This document shows positions 29,366 to 39,486 of a stretch of DNA of 57,952 bases, piece by piece. The DNA is taken from positions 1 to 57,952 of IMG/VR virus record IMGVR_UViG_3300046791_000121; one strand, given 5' to 3'. Origin of the DNA: a virus. Its lineage: Duplodnaviria; Caudoviricetes. The notes beneath the pieces were generated by a model. That model saw nothing but the letters and a program-made list of their open reading frames with translations. It was not told the origin of the DNA and searched no databases. Positions within the stretch are counted from its first letter, which is position 1. The number at the start of each line of letters is the position of its first letter. The position numbers were made by a program, and so were the translations under genes.

Positions 29366-29378
29366 GTGGAGGTAGTCT

Positions 29379-30194
29379 GTGTCGGATGTCATGCTCAAGC
29401 CGTGGGCGCTCTCGACCCTAGAGGCGGCGCGTGAGTACATCCGTCCAGGGAAGGTCGAGCAACTCGACGCGGAATCGGTAGACGCGGCCCTGATCCAGTT
29501 CGTGAATGAGGCGTCGGGAGTGCTTCAAGGCGCTACTGGCAGGAAGCTCGCCGCGCGTCCCTACGTGGACCAGTTCGGGCTCGCCAACTGCGACACCACG
29601 TTGGAGCAGAAGGTCCTGACCACCGCCGACTACGCCAACGTCCGCAACGGCATGGTGGTGACTGGCGCTGGGGTTGTCGACGGCGCGTTCATCACCGCCG
29701 AATCAGCATCGGCGCCAGAGATGAACCTTGCAGCCGAGCAGACCCTGGTCGGCGTTACGCTGACCTTCATCGGCGCAGGCCACATGGTGCTCGACGGATC
29801 AGGCGAGTCCGAGCTTCGCGTCCCCGAATGGCCGGTGACAGAAGTCATCGCTGCCACATCCATTGGCACAGACGGCAGCGCGACAGCGCTCAACGTATCG
29901 GGTGCGCGCTCGCGCGCGAACCGCATCCTGCTGACGAACGACGTTTTCCCGGAAGGCCGGATGAACATCCACCTGTCCTGCGTCGCCGGATTCAAGACGG
30001 GCTACTGGGACGAGCAGCGCCAGGAACTCGAGAACGCCTGCCTGCGGCTGGTGAGCGTCATGTTCAACGACTGGAAGGACAAGGTCGGGCGCGGGACCAA
30101 CGTCTCGATCCAGGGCTTCTCCATGACGTTCATGGACAAAGGCCTTCCAGCCGACGTGCAGAAGATCGTCGACAGATATGCGAGGAAGTCGTGA
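29379..30194 (+). CDS. Head-tail adaptor (gp6/gp15-like) with inserted beta domain
   Basis: ALSTLEAAREYI...TGRKL, LRVPEWPV, GRMNI..SCVAGF, LENACLRLV, LPADVQKIVDRY. Confidence 0.8.
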   Translation: MSDVMLKPWALSTLEAAREYIRPGKVEQLDAESVDAALIQFVNEASGVLQGATGRKLAARPYVDQFGLANCDTTLEQKVLTTADYANVRNGMVVTGAGVVDGAFITAESASAPEMNLAAEQTLVGVTLTFIGAGHMVLDGSGESELRVPEWPVTEVIAATSIGTDGSATALNVSGARSRANRILLTNDVFPEGRMNIHLSCVAGFKTGYWDEQRQELENACLRLVSVMFNDWKDKVGRGTNVSIQGFSMTFMDKGLPADVQKIVDRYARKS

Positions 30195-30835
30195 TCTCCG
30201 TCACGGTGACACAGAAAGGCGTCAAGCAGGCGGAACTCAGGCTAAAGAACTTCTCGCATGACGCGAGTGCGCCGGGCCAGGTGCGAGTGATGCAGCGCGC
30301 CACGGCCATCATGGAGACCGACCTCAAGACGGTCGCGCTCGACGGCGTGAAGGGACGGCACCCGTTCTTCGGAGTAACGTCTGGGCCGACCCTCGGCGCG
30401 CTCGGAGTCCGAAGCGGACACCTGCGCCGCAGCGTCGTGTCCGACGTCATTCACAAAGCGTCCTACCCGCCGGTGCTCATCGGCGTTACCGGAACGCCAT
30501 CCAAGATCGCCGCCATCCACGAAGAGGGCGCGCACATCCAGGGCAGACCGTTGCTGGCGATACCGCTTGCGGCAGCACAGACCATGGCGGGAGTGATGCG
30601 GCAGAGCCCGCGATCCTACGCGAACGCCTTCGTGTTCAAGAGCAAGAAGGGCAACCTGTTCCTGGCCATCAACAGGGGCGGACAGTTGGTTCCGCTGTTC
30701 ATCCTCAAGCAGACGGTGCATCTGCGAGCGCGGCATGTCTTCAAGCGGAGCCTGAAGCGCTGCAAGCGCGCCATTGAGGCCCTGTTCGATGTTGACGTGG
30801 CACTCAAGGCGCGGAAGGCGAACGGCGGCGTATGA
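30191..30835 (+). CDS. Neck/tail-completion protein (HK97 gp10-like)
   Basis: VRSGHLRRSV...AAIHEEGAHI...LAIPL; basic; position. Confidence 0.75.
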   Translation: MISVTVTQKGVKQAELRLKNFSHDASAPGQVRVMQRATAIMETDLKTVALDGVKGRHPFFGVTSGPTLGALGVRSGHLRRSVVSDVIHKASYPPVLIGVTGTPSKIAAIHEEGAHIQGRPLLAIPLAAAQTMAGVMRQSPRSYANAFVFKSKKGNLFLAINRGGQLVPLFILKQTVHLRARHVFKRSLKRCKRAIEALFDVDVALKARKANGGV

Positions 30836-31272
30836 GCCACACATCGAAGGTCAACCGCATCGTCGAGCAGGCCGTTCTGGTTCTGTCGTCCATCGATTCA
30901 GATTTGGACCCAGGTACGTGGAAGACCAAGCCGAACCTCGTCGAGCACGGATTGGTGTTGTCTAGCATGATCAGCAGTCCGGCCATCCTGCTCCAAATGG
31001 TCCACCAGGACGACACGCCGCTAGGGGGACCTGGGAAACACCGGACGACCGGACGCCTCGGGATTCGTTGTGTATCTGACGGAGTGAAGGAGATGAACGA
31101 CCTCATCGACGATGTCCAGAAGGCGCTGTCGCGGGATGACGACGACGCCAAGCTGGGCGGAGAGGTCATGCGCTCCTACACAGGGGCGACTATCGACGCC
31201 GAGAATCCGAAGGACGGGATGTCGATCGCGTATATCGAAGTCGGGATGATTTGGGACTGGAGTCACGACTAA
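30832..31272 (+). CDS. Probable tail terminator
   Basis: Size, acidity, LGG motif and position directly before the tail tube. Confidence 0.6.
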   Translation: MSHTSKVNRIVEQAVLVLSSIDSDLDPGTWKTKPNLVEHGLVLSSMISSPAILLQMVHQDDTPLGGPGKHRTTGRLGIRCVSDGVKEMNDLIDDVQKALSRDDDDAKLGGEVMRSYTGATIDAENPKDGMSIAYIEVGMIWDWSHD

Positions 31273-31302
31273 GAACCAATAGGGGCCGCAGGGGAGCGCC
31301 AA

Positions 31303-32301
31303 GTGGCAGTCGGACAGGGCAACAAGTCGTTCATCACGATTGGAATCGAGACTGCCTTTGCGGATGGGACCTCTCGTCCGCCGACCGGTGCAGGCTCGTA
31401 CAAGCTGGAAATCATCTCCGGCAACTTGGACCCGAACATCGGAACCATCCCTAGCCGTAGTCTCTATTCGGGAGTCGCGCGGCGCGGCTTCTACCAGGGG
31501 GGCCTAGGCTATGCGGGTCGGTTCCTGATAGAGGGCCGCTACCAGGGCATCGGGCGCTTGTTGTACTCCGCCTATGGATCGGTCGCGACGACGGGTCCGG
31601 TCAGCAGCGTCTACACCCACACGTACAAAGAGGCGCCGAATCCGCCGAGCCTCGTGATCGAGTTGTCCGAAGGCGACATGCCCGCCGGGAGGGTCAAGCG
31701 AATCATCGGCGCCTACGTGACGGACTTCGTCCTGCGAGGCGTCGCTGGGCAGGGCGACGACGCGCTTCTGACCTGCGAGTTCGGCATCCTCGCCAAAGAC
31801 GTGCAACTCGACCAGACGCCGACGTCGGTCAGCGCCTTCGCGCCGCTGGTCCCGTGGCTGTTCCACGAATCGACTTCGGCGACGCTCGATGGCTCGACCG
31901 AGACCCAGGCCAATCAGGTCATGCACGAACTCACGATGACGCTGGCCAACAAGTACGAGGAGCGCTACAAGTTCGGTTCGCTCTCTCCCGCGCAGCCGAT
32001 CCGCAACGATTACATCGACGCCAACTGGCAGATCACGTCAGACTTCATCGGCATCCTGGCGGCGCAGAACGCTCGTAGCTTCGCGACCGTCGCGCCGAAG
32101 CTGGTGCTGGCGCACGTCAACGACTCGGTCGAGTTCAGGTCGCAGGGATGCAAGCCGCGCGAATACGGAAACCCGGTCGAGGGCTATGGGCCGCTACTGA
32201 TGAACATGACATTCGATGCGTTCAACGACACGACCGGGGACAACTCATCCATGGTCTGTGTCCTCAAGAACCTGGACACCGCCGCGATCAATCACCTGTA
32301 G
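31303..32301 (+). CDS. Major tail tube protein
   Basis: IGIETAF, YTHTY...PSLVIE, MTLAN; position before chaperone and tape measure. Confidence 0.8.
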   Translation: MAVGQGNKSFITIGIETAFADGTSRPPTGAGSYKLEIISGNLDPNIGTIPSRSLYSGVARRGFYQGGLGYAGRFLIEGRYQGIGRLLYSAYGSVATTGPVSSVYTHTYKEAPNPPSLVIELSEGDMPAGRVKRIIGAYVTDFVLRGVAGQGDDALLTCEFGILAKDVQLDQTPTSVSAFAPLVPWLFHESTSATLDGSTETQANQVMHELTMTLANKYEERYKFGSLSPAQPIRNDYIDANWQITSDFIGILAAQNARSFATVAPKLVLAHVNDSVEFRSQGCKPREYGNPVEGYGPLLMNMTFDAFNDTTGDNSSMVCVLKNLDTAAINHL

Positions 32302-32326
32302 AACGGATGCGAGAAAAGGGGGCCGA

Positions 32327-32920
32327 ATGAACAGGCTGTTGAAGACGCTGACGCGGGAGATCGTGATTCCCGGAACAGACTCGGGCGGCGAGGAGCCGCT
32401 CGTCATCCGTGTACGCCGCCTGCCGCCCGACGTGGCGATGTCGGTGGCGCAGGACCTCGATCGGCTACAGAAGGCCCAGGCCGATCCGACGAATCCGGAT
32501 CGAATCCGAGAGGACTCGGAAGAACTGCGCCGAGTGTATGCGCGCGTCGCCAAGCTCGGCGTCGTCTCGGTAGGCAACTCGAGCGAGTCCTACACCTTCG
32601 TGTACGACGGGGACGAGGGCGGCGATCTTGGGGCAGTTCGGTTCCACGACCTGATGATTGGAACTCAGATCGAGGTCTACAGAACGGTTCTCAACATGAG
32701 CATGGAGGGCGTGCCAGCCGCTGTCGAGGCGGCCGCAGCCTTTCGACCCCAAGGGGAAGCTGGCGAGCGTGGGGTTCAGGATGGGAGCGCTGGCGTCGGA
32801 CCTGGTGGAGATGGCGACGTGGGCGAATCCGCCGCACCTCCAGATGGGCTACCAGGAGTGGCCACCACTGGCGGCGCTGACGTTCAACAGGCGGGTGTTG
32901 CAGTCGGCGAGGCTGTTTGA
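32327..32920 (+). CDS. Tail assembly chaperone (gpG-like)
   Basis: ATG 32327; between tail tube and tape measure; low-complexity tail after AAAFR. Confidence 0.75.
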   Translation: MNRLLKTLTREIVIPGTDSGGEEPLVIRVRRLPPDVAMSVAQDLDRLQKAQADPTNPDRIREDSEELRRVYARVAKLGVVSVGNSSESYTFVYDGDEGGDLGAVRFHDLMIGTQIEVYRTVLNMSMEGVPAAVEAAAAFRPQGEAGERGVQDGSAGVGPGGDGDVGESAAPPDGLPGVATTGGADVQQAGVAVGEAV

Positions 32921-32984
32921 GAAGCGCGTCAACGACGCTCGTGCAGCCGGGATCAAGGACGTTCGAGTTCTAGGGAAGGACTGA
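32738..32984 (+). CDS. Frameshift extension of the chaperone (gpGT-like) via +1 shift at GCC-TTT-CGA
   Basis: +1 frame is open from 32742 to TGA 32984, just before the tape measure start. Confidence 0.65.
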
Positions 32985-32985
32985 A

Positions 32986-34701
32986 GTGGCGAACGTAATC
33001 GAGAACCGAGTCAACACGGTCTACACCGGATCGGCGGCCGTAAACGCGGCGCTGCATGACCTGCACAAGATTCATACAGCCGCCGAGGGAGCCAGCGGCC
33101 TCGGCGGTCTCGGCGGGCTGACCCAGATCGCGGGGCTAGGTCTCGGCGTGGGAGCCATCGCCGCAGTGTCGGGCGCGTTCTTGGGGCTGTCAGAGGCGGC
33201 GAAGGGTGCAGTTGAGAGCCTGCGCGAGGCCGGCAAGGAGGCCGAGCAACTCTCCAATCTCTCGCAAAAGACAGGCATTGCGACCTCGGCCCTGGAGGGA
33301 CTCCAGCTTGCGTTCAAGGAGGCGGGGGTCGCCGAGGCCTCTCTGAACATCGGTCTGCGCTTCCTTAATCGCTCCATCTCGGAAGGCGATCCGGCCCTCA
33401 AGAAACTCGGAATCATCACGCAGGACACCAAAGAGGCGTTGCTGGAACTCGCCGACGCATTCTCGCGATCCGCCGACGGGCCGGACAAGACCGCCGTGGC
33501 AATCAAGGTGCTCGGGCGCGCGGGAAGCGAACTCATCCCGGTGCTGAACAAGGGGCGCGTCGAGCTTGAGACGTTCCTGGAGCAGGCCGAAAAAACTGGT
33601 GCAGTGCTGAGCGAGGACACAATCAAGGCGCTGAAGGACCTGGACAATCAGTTCGACGCACTCGATCGCTCGATGAAGGTGTTCAAGAACACGCTGCTCA
33701 CGCTGGTGGCTCCGGCCGTCGTCGGTTTCGTCAAGGACATCAGCGGGATGGTCCAGAAGATGGCCCTGTTGCCGCAACTGTTCGCGGTATCCGTGGCCGG
33801 AATCGCGGTGTGGAACGACATGCTCGGCAAGGACAAGGACGGCGTGAAGAAGTTGGTGGCCGAGGCGAAGGAGCTAGCCAAGCAGGCCGAGGTTATCGCC
33901 GACCTGAACAAGAAGCCGTTCGAGGTCCTCGATCTTGGTGGCCAGCGTGACGAGCTTGAGGACTTCAACGCGAAGATGCGCGCAGCCGCGACCGCCACCA
34001 AGGAGGCGGCGGACAAGGCAGAGGAGGCCAAGAAGAAGTTCCGAGAGTTGCTGGAGACATTCGTAGCCAACACCAACGCAACCCCGCTGGAGCTTCCCGC
34101 TATCAAGCCGACAGGCGCGCTAGAACCAGAGAAGTTCAAGACCGAGAAGCCAGCCGAGAACATCGAGAAGCAGTTGTCGCCGGGTATCGCGGCCATGGCG
34201 GCGTTCAAGAAGGCGCTGATCGATGCGACGGATGTAACCCTGGAGAAGGTTGGCCTGCTGCAAGGCGCGTTCGATGGCCTGGCGTCCGGGCTCCAGGAGG
34301 CCTTCTTGGGGCTCCTGAACGGAGTCGAATCTCTGGGGACGGCGATCGTAGGAGTCATCAAGTCGATGGTCTCCGCGATCCTGTCGGAGCTAGCGAAACT
34401 GGCGGCGGCGGCGATCTTCAAGCTGTTCCTCAAACTGATCGGCTTCTCACTGGGACCGGCCGGTGCGGTGATCGCGGTTGCTTCAGGGTTCTCTCCGTCC
34501 GGCAGCGGCGGCGGCTTGGATACTACAAAGCGCTCCGGCGACGTCGTCGGCCAGTTCGGTGTCGCCATCCAGGACCTGTCGCGCGAGTTGGCGAGGGCCA
34601 ACCGGAACGCGGTTCTGGTCGATCGCGTATCCTTCTTCGAGACCATCGGCAATGCGCTCGCAGCGCCGCAGCGTAGGCGGGCCTTGGCGCAGGGGTGGTA
34701 A
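32986..34701 (+). CDS. Tape measure protein (571 aa)
   Basis: Ala/Gly/Leu-rich helical; LSQKTGI...LGRAGSELIPVLNKG; follows the chaperone. Confidence 0.88.
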   Translation: MANVIENRVNTVYTGSAAVNAALHDLHKIHTAAEGASGLGGLGGLTQIAGLGLGVGAIAAVSGAFLGLSEAAKGAVESLREAGKEAEQLSNLSQKTGIATSALEGLQLAFKEAGVAEASLNIGLRFLNRSISEGDPALKKLGIITQDTKEALLELADAFSRSADGPDKTAVAIKVLGRAGSELIPVLNKGRVELETFLEQAEKTGAVLSEDTIKALKDLDNQFDALDRSMKVFKNTLLTLVAPAVVGFVKDISGMVQKMALLPQLFAVSVAGIAVWNDMLGKDKDGVKKLVAEAKELAKQAEVIADLNKKPFEVLDLGGQRDELEDFNAKMRAAATATKEAADKAEEAKKKFRELLETFVANTNATPLELPAIKPTGALEPEKFKTEKPAENIEKQLSPGIAAMAAFKKALIDATDVTLEKVGLLQGAFDGLASGLQEAFLGLLNGVESLGTAIVGVIKSMVSAILSELAKLAAAAIFKLFLKLIGFSLGPAGAVIAVASGFSPSGSGGGLDTTKRSGDVVGQFGVAIQDLSRELARANRNAVLVDRVSFFETIGNALAAPQRRRALAQGW

Positions 34702-35517
34702 GTGGCAATCAAGATTTACACCGAGAACGCCATTTGTCGCCCCGGCACCGTGTTGATGAATGGCACGGGAGGTAGCGCCCCCGCTCTCGACGAGAATCCG
34801 GATTGGCCGACTCGCTACACGCGGATCAGCGACCCGTCCATGGCGTGGCGTGCCCAGAGCGGCGGTCTCGGCCCGGCCGGAGGGACCTACCAGTTCGACT
34901 ACGACTTCGGGTCAGCCGTCAACATCGGCGCCGCTGGCTTCTGCCTGCTGCGATGTCATCCGCCGACGATCATTCCTGCCACGCTGGCGATCCAGGCGTA
35001 TCGCGGCAGCAGTTACCCACCGGGGACGTCGGTCTCGCTCAACCTGAACGCGGCTTCCGGCAACAGCCTGAAGGAGTTCACCCCGGCGTCGTCGCGCTAC
35101 TGGCGGGTCGAGATCCAGGCTATCGACATCGACGGAGCGCCGATCGAGATCAGCGGGAACCCGTGGCTGGTAGAGGCCGCCAACATCATCGTTTTGGACG
35201 ACCCCTCGCCGGGGACGCGGCTGGTCAGCGAGCGCATCGTTTCGAGGATGCTGACTCCGGCGCGAAGCCTGTTCAGCTACGAGCCTGCGGGCCAGGTTCG
35301 CGGCGCACAAGGCAAGGTGTTGAGCATCGAGTATCCATGCGACATCACGGAAGTCACGGTGATGAAAACGACGCTCGCCAACAAGAGCGATCGGTACCTC
35401 GTCCAAGACTACGAGGGCAACTTCCTTGACGGCACGCCCGCCGACGGAACCTTTGCGTGGCGTCGCGTCTTCCAGACCGCGAACGCGACGACCCTTGAAG
35501 TGTCGGGCGCATCGTGA
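34702..35517 (+). CDS. Distal-tail-like protein A with galactose-binding/discoidin-like domain
   Basis: W..., DYDFGSA, GSSYPP, RYWRVEI; directly after the tape measure. Confidence 0.6.
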   Translation: MAIKIYTENAICRPGTVLMNGTGGSAPALDENPDWPTRYTRISDPSMAWRAQSGGLGPAGGTYQFDYDFGSAVNIGAAGFCLLRCHPPTIIPATLAIQAYRGSSYPPGTSVSLNLNAASGNSLKEFTPASSRYWRVEIQAIDIDGAPIEISGNPWLVEAANIIVLDDPSPGTRLVSERIVSRMLTPARSLFSYEPAGQVRGAQGKVLSIEYPCDITEVTVMKTTLANKSDRYLVQDYEGNFLDGTPADGTFAWRRVFQTANATTLEVSGAS

Positions 35518-36311
35518 GCGACATCATCGTCGTTACGAGGAACCGCCTGACGGACATCGTTCCGTCATCCGGCACGCGCGCGATCATCAACACGCCCTCG
35601 CCGAGCCAGGACGCCGACTTTCCGATGCGGAACATCCTGGAGCCGTATCCCGAGAAGCTCTGGAAGTGCGCCAGCCCGCATCCGGCGACGCACGATGTGG
35701 ACCTCGACGCCGGACAATCCACTACGTATCGCGTCGTCGGCATCACCAGGAACCGCCAGCACAATGGCGGCGTCGGGATCACGAACGTAGAGGTGTTCAC
35801 CGGGACGGGCTCGACCTATCCGCCAACCTTCACCTCGCGCGGAAACATCAGCCTGACTCCGACCGACAACGACAAGGCGCTGGACTTCGGCTCCAGCATC
35901 ACCTGCAAGCAGTTCCGCCTCCGCATAACGGCGTCGGGACGCTACTCATGCCGGGTGTGGCTTGGCCGCGCAGCCGAGTACCTCAACCTCGGCGGCGAGG
36001 GCATGGAGGTCGAGGAGGGCATTGTGCGCGTCCGCGCGCCCGAGGTTGCCACCTACTCGGGTGGCACGACCTACGGCGAACTCGCGGCCGGAATCGGTGC
36101 GATTCGGCGACGCTTCCGCTTCTCTCACGAGATGACGGCGACGACCTCGAAGGCGATCTGGCTGGCCTCGCTTGGTGGCACGGTGTTGATGCTGTACTCG
36201 GACGGCGTTTGGCGGGAGTGCTTCCACGTTGACCCGGCGTTCGCGACTCAGCGCGCGGTCGGATCGACGGCACTGGAGACCCACACCGTCGTGCTGGAGA
36301 GTCGGGCGTGA
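35514..36311 (+). CDS. Distal-tail-like protein B (paralogue of A)
   Basis: W..., DVDLDAG, GSTYPP, KQFRLRI. Confidence 0.6.
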   Translation: MSDIIVVTRNRLTDIVPSSGTRAIINTPSPSQDADFPMRNILEPYPEKLWKCASPHPATHDVDLDAGQSTTYRVVGITRNRQHNGGVGITNVEVFTGTGSTYPPTFTSRGNISLTPTDNDKALDFGSSITCKQFRLRITASGRYSCRVWLGRAAEYLNLGGEGMEVEEGIVRVRAPEVATYSGGTTYGELAAGIGAIRRRFRFSHEMTATTSKAIWLASLGGTVLMLYSDGVWRECFHVDPAFATQRAVGSTALETHTVVLESRA

Positions 36312-39300
36312 GCTTTACCCAGGCAGCGCTGGACGAGCTTCGCCGGTCGGACTGGGCCGTCGCATGGCTTGCCCGCGTCTACCTCTCCGAGCCTTCTACG
36401 CGCACGCTGCACCTCGCGATGACCGGCTTCGACACGCCTGACGGGCGGACCTGGGAGGCCGCGATCACCAACTTTGGCGACATCGACGCGCCAGGGTCGG
36501 CATTCTCGTCCGGCGTGGACGATGTCGCGACTGCGGCATTCCGGATGGCGTCGCGCGCCGCGCTCGGCTTCCAGGAGTCGGGCAAGAACATCACCAATCT
36601 GTTCTCCGACTTCCGATGGCAGGGGGCGCGGGTCGAGATTATGGCTTGGCCTCTCCGCAGCACGAACGCGAACGACCTGACGCGTATGTACGTCGGACAG
36701 GTGCAGACCTACCAGGTCGGCCCAGACGAGTGCGAGGTGATCCTGGTCCAGCGCGACGACTGGAACCGCCAGGTGTCGCCGATCGTCATCTCTCGTGATC
36801 GCTTCCCGCGCGCTCCCGAGAAGTCCCTTGGCGCGGCGGTCCCGGTTGTCTACGGAAAGATCGGCGTCCCAATGCGCGCCCCATGGGGGCCGCTCGACGG
36901 CTACAACATGGAGCGCGTCTTCGGTATTCAGATGGGCGTCCCGGCGGTGTGTGTCGATAGCGGGCGTGGTGGGTCGGGCGAGAAGCAGAAGTTCTTGGTG
37001 GCGAGCCATGCGATCAAGTCGCACCAGGACCCTTCGACGGACTCGCTCTACTCGGTGAGAGACGTAGACAAGCTGGTACCGGTCGAGGCGACGGCTCTGG
37101 TGAACGACGATAACGGGGCCGGATTCGCTTTGGGAGACGCCTTCAAGTCGGCGTTCTATCCCATCGCGCCGACCGACCCCAACACCGGAGTCTCGAACCC
37201 TTGCGACAACCCGCGATACGCGGGCGACCCGTTCGAGGAGTCGACCTTCGCGAAGTTCGTCTACCAGCCTAGCCCGCTCATCGACAAGCGCCGAATGGAG
37301 TGGCGCCTCCCGGCCGTCAACCCTCCGGGGCGCGCGGTCAACGTGCGGCTGGTCGCCGGCTACAAGTCGTCGGCCGCGCTGACCAACTTCAAAATCGGCA
37401 TCAAGAGCCTCACGACCGGCTTCGAGACCAACCAGACCGTCTCGGCATCGACGACGCCGGCGCTCCACCTTGGGTCCGGCATCATGTCGGGCGAGAACGA
37501 CTGGGACGGAGCAATCGGGCTCCCCGGCTCCCCGTGGAACTTCATGGAGTGCCTGCTCCTGGCTTGGTGGGACTCGGTGCCCGGTGCGTTGCAGCAGGTG
37601 TGGCTCTACTTCATCGGGCTGGAGGTCCAGTACTATCCTGACTCCAGAATCTGGACGGCGGCGCAGAAGCCCAAGGTGAAGCTCCAGAAGGGCCGCCATC
37701 GCCATGAGCAGATCAGGGCGGCGCACCTATTCCCAGACCACGCCCCGCAAATCTTCGGCAAGACCGAGGGCGTCCCCGCCGACACCGAGAGCGATGCGCC
37801 CTTCTTCGGAACGATAGAAGGATTCGCGGACGACGCTTCCGGGACATACACCGGAGCGGCCAACGCGCTGATCGAACGCGCTCCGGACATCGCACGCCAC
37901 CTGTTGGAGACGTTCGGCAACCAGGGCGGCCTGATTGAGACCGATCCGGGCCTCCACGGCAACTTCGTATCACCGCGAACGACTGACAAGACGTGGCGGC
38001 AGACGACGCGCAAGCATGGGATTCAGATCGCGGAGCGCTCCGACGTAAAGACCGCACTGGAGGAGTTGGCTGAGTCATCGCTCGCCACCTGCATTATCGA
38101 TCGCTTCAGCGACCGCATGTTGTGGCTGCCGTGGCGCGAGGGCGCTGGCACGGCCTACCCGCGCGGCGTATACCTCGACGACCTACGAAGCTTCCCCGAC
38201 ATCGACCACATCGACTCGAAGCGGGTTCCGGCCGGGATCGCGGTCAAGTATGGTTGGGACGGAAACGCCAAGCGGCTCTTGCACACGACTCATTGCGCGC
38301 AAGATGGCTCGACGTCTGGGCACTTCTACCGGGGCCTACGCGACGAGCGCTTCAAGGTCGCCGCGAACGTCAACGACCGGCTAGTGCTGGTTCGCCAGGC
38401 CGGAGGCTCGCAGATCGGCGCAGGCGTCGGTCAGGTTCTCCCGGTCGGCGACTACACCGACGCCGAGTTCCTCCAGGTACTCTACTCGTTCCTCGACGAT
38501 CAACTCGGGGCAGGTAATCCGTCCGCTGCATACGGCGGCCTGATCGTCGAGAACGTCAACGACGTCTTCGAGATCAAGTACGGGATTGGCACCTTCATCT
38601 CCTGCACCATCCCGGCGGGGCGTTACTCGATGGAGGAGATGGCGGCGGCTCTCGAAGCCGCTCTTGAGGCAGCCGACGGCGGCGCATCTTGGACCGTCAG
38701 CTACAACCGGACGACGCAGAAGTTCACGCTGACTCGGGCGGGCGGGAACTTCACTATCTGGTGCGGCGGCAACTCTCATTCCGCTGCGGCCTCCTACGGT
38801 TTCGATCACTCGAACGCCGTCGCCGGATCAACGGTCGTGTCCCAGTTCGCGATCGACGAGGAACTCGTCGCCTTCTCATTCGATCAGGCCTACTCGGTCC
38901 CGGTTGCAAGCGGCACCTACGGCTCAGAGAGCGCCTCGCACTACACCGCCTCTGATGTCATCGGATTCGATCCACGCATCGACCGCGACTTCGCCACCTA
39001 CCACGTCTCCGACTGCTATAAGGGCCACCTCGAGCTACTGCTTGAGGCTGGCGCCCGAAGCTACGGCTACACGCGCGACCTGACGCGCGAACACCGGGCG
39101 ACTTATGACACGGACACAGCGCGAGACGGCCGTAACCGCCTGGTCAACTGGTGGCGCGAGCCGCGCCTCGTCATGCGTTTCGCGACATGGCGCATGCCCG
39201 ACCTGCAACGCGGTCACGTCGTCACCTTCCCCGACATGGACGACTCGGGCGTCGCGTATCCTAAGCGTGGCAGTAACGGTTCGTGGATCGGTAAGACGTT

Positions 39301-39478
39301 CCGCGTCATGAGCGTGATCCAGAAGGCCGGAACCAGCACAGACCAGGTCGTCGAGTGCATCGAGAACGACGCCTTGCCGCTCATCGAGCGCCCGGTTCCA
39401 GGACTCGGCGGTTACGGAAGTATCGACGTTGCGGGCGGCGGTGCCATCGTATTCGGCGACGTAGCGATGCCTGTCTAG
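36308..39478 (+). CDS. Large tail tip/hub protein (1056 aa)
   Basis: GAAVPVVYG, PDIARHLL, DLQRGHVVTF hub-like motifs; position. Confidence 0.75.
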   Translation: MSFTQAALDELRRSDWAVAWLARVYLSEPSTRTLHLAMTGFDTPDGRTWEAAITNFGDIDAPGSAFSSGVDDVATAAFRMASRAALGFQESGKNITNLFSDFRWQGARVEIMAWPLRSTNANDLTRMYVGQVQTYQVGPDECEVILVQRDDWNRQVSPIVISRDRFPRAPEKSLGAAVPVVYGKIGVPMRAPWGPLDGYNMERVFGIQMGVPAVCVDSGRGGSGEKQKFLVASHAIKSHQDPSTDSLYSVRDVDKLVPVEATALVNDDNGAGFALGDAFKSAFYPIAPTDPNTGVSNPCDNPRYAGDPFEESTFAKFVYQPSPLIDKRRMEWRLPAVNPPGRAVNVRLVAGYKSSAALTNFKIGIKSLTTGFETNQTVSASTTPALHLGSGIMSGENDWDGAIGLPGSPWNFMECLLLAWWDSVPGALQQVWLYFIGLEVQYYPDSRIWTAAQKPKVKLQKGRHRHEQIRAAHLFPDHAPQIFGKTEGVPADTESDAPFFGTIEGFADDASGTYTGAANALIERAPDIARHLLETFGNQGGLIETDPGLHGNFVSPRTTDKTWRQTTRKHGIQIAERSDVKTALEELAESSLATCIIDRFSDRMLWLPWREGAGTAYPRGVYLDDLRSFPDIDHIDSKRVPAGIAVKYGWDGNAKRLLHTTHCAQDGSTSGHFYRGLRDERFKVAANVNDRLVLVRQAGGSQIGAGVGQVLPVGDYTDAEFLQVLYSFLDDQLGAGNPSAAYGGLIVENVNDVFEIKYGIGTFISCTIPAGRYSMEEMAAALEAALEAADGGASWTVSYNRTTQKFTLTRAGGNFTIWCGGNSHSAAASYGFDHSNAVAGSTVVSQFAIDEELVAFSFDQAYSVPVASGTYGSESASHYTASDVIGFDPRIDRDFATYHVSDCYKGHLELLLEAGARSYGYTRDLTREHRATYDTDTARDGRNRLVNWWREPRLVMRFATWRMPDLQRGHVVTFPDMDDSGVAYPKRGSNGSWIGKTFRVMSVIQKAGTSTDQVVECIENDALPLIERPVPGLGGYGSIDVAGGGAIVFGDVAMPV

Positions 39479-39486
39479 GAGGGTAA

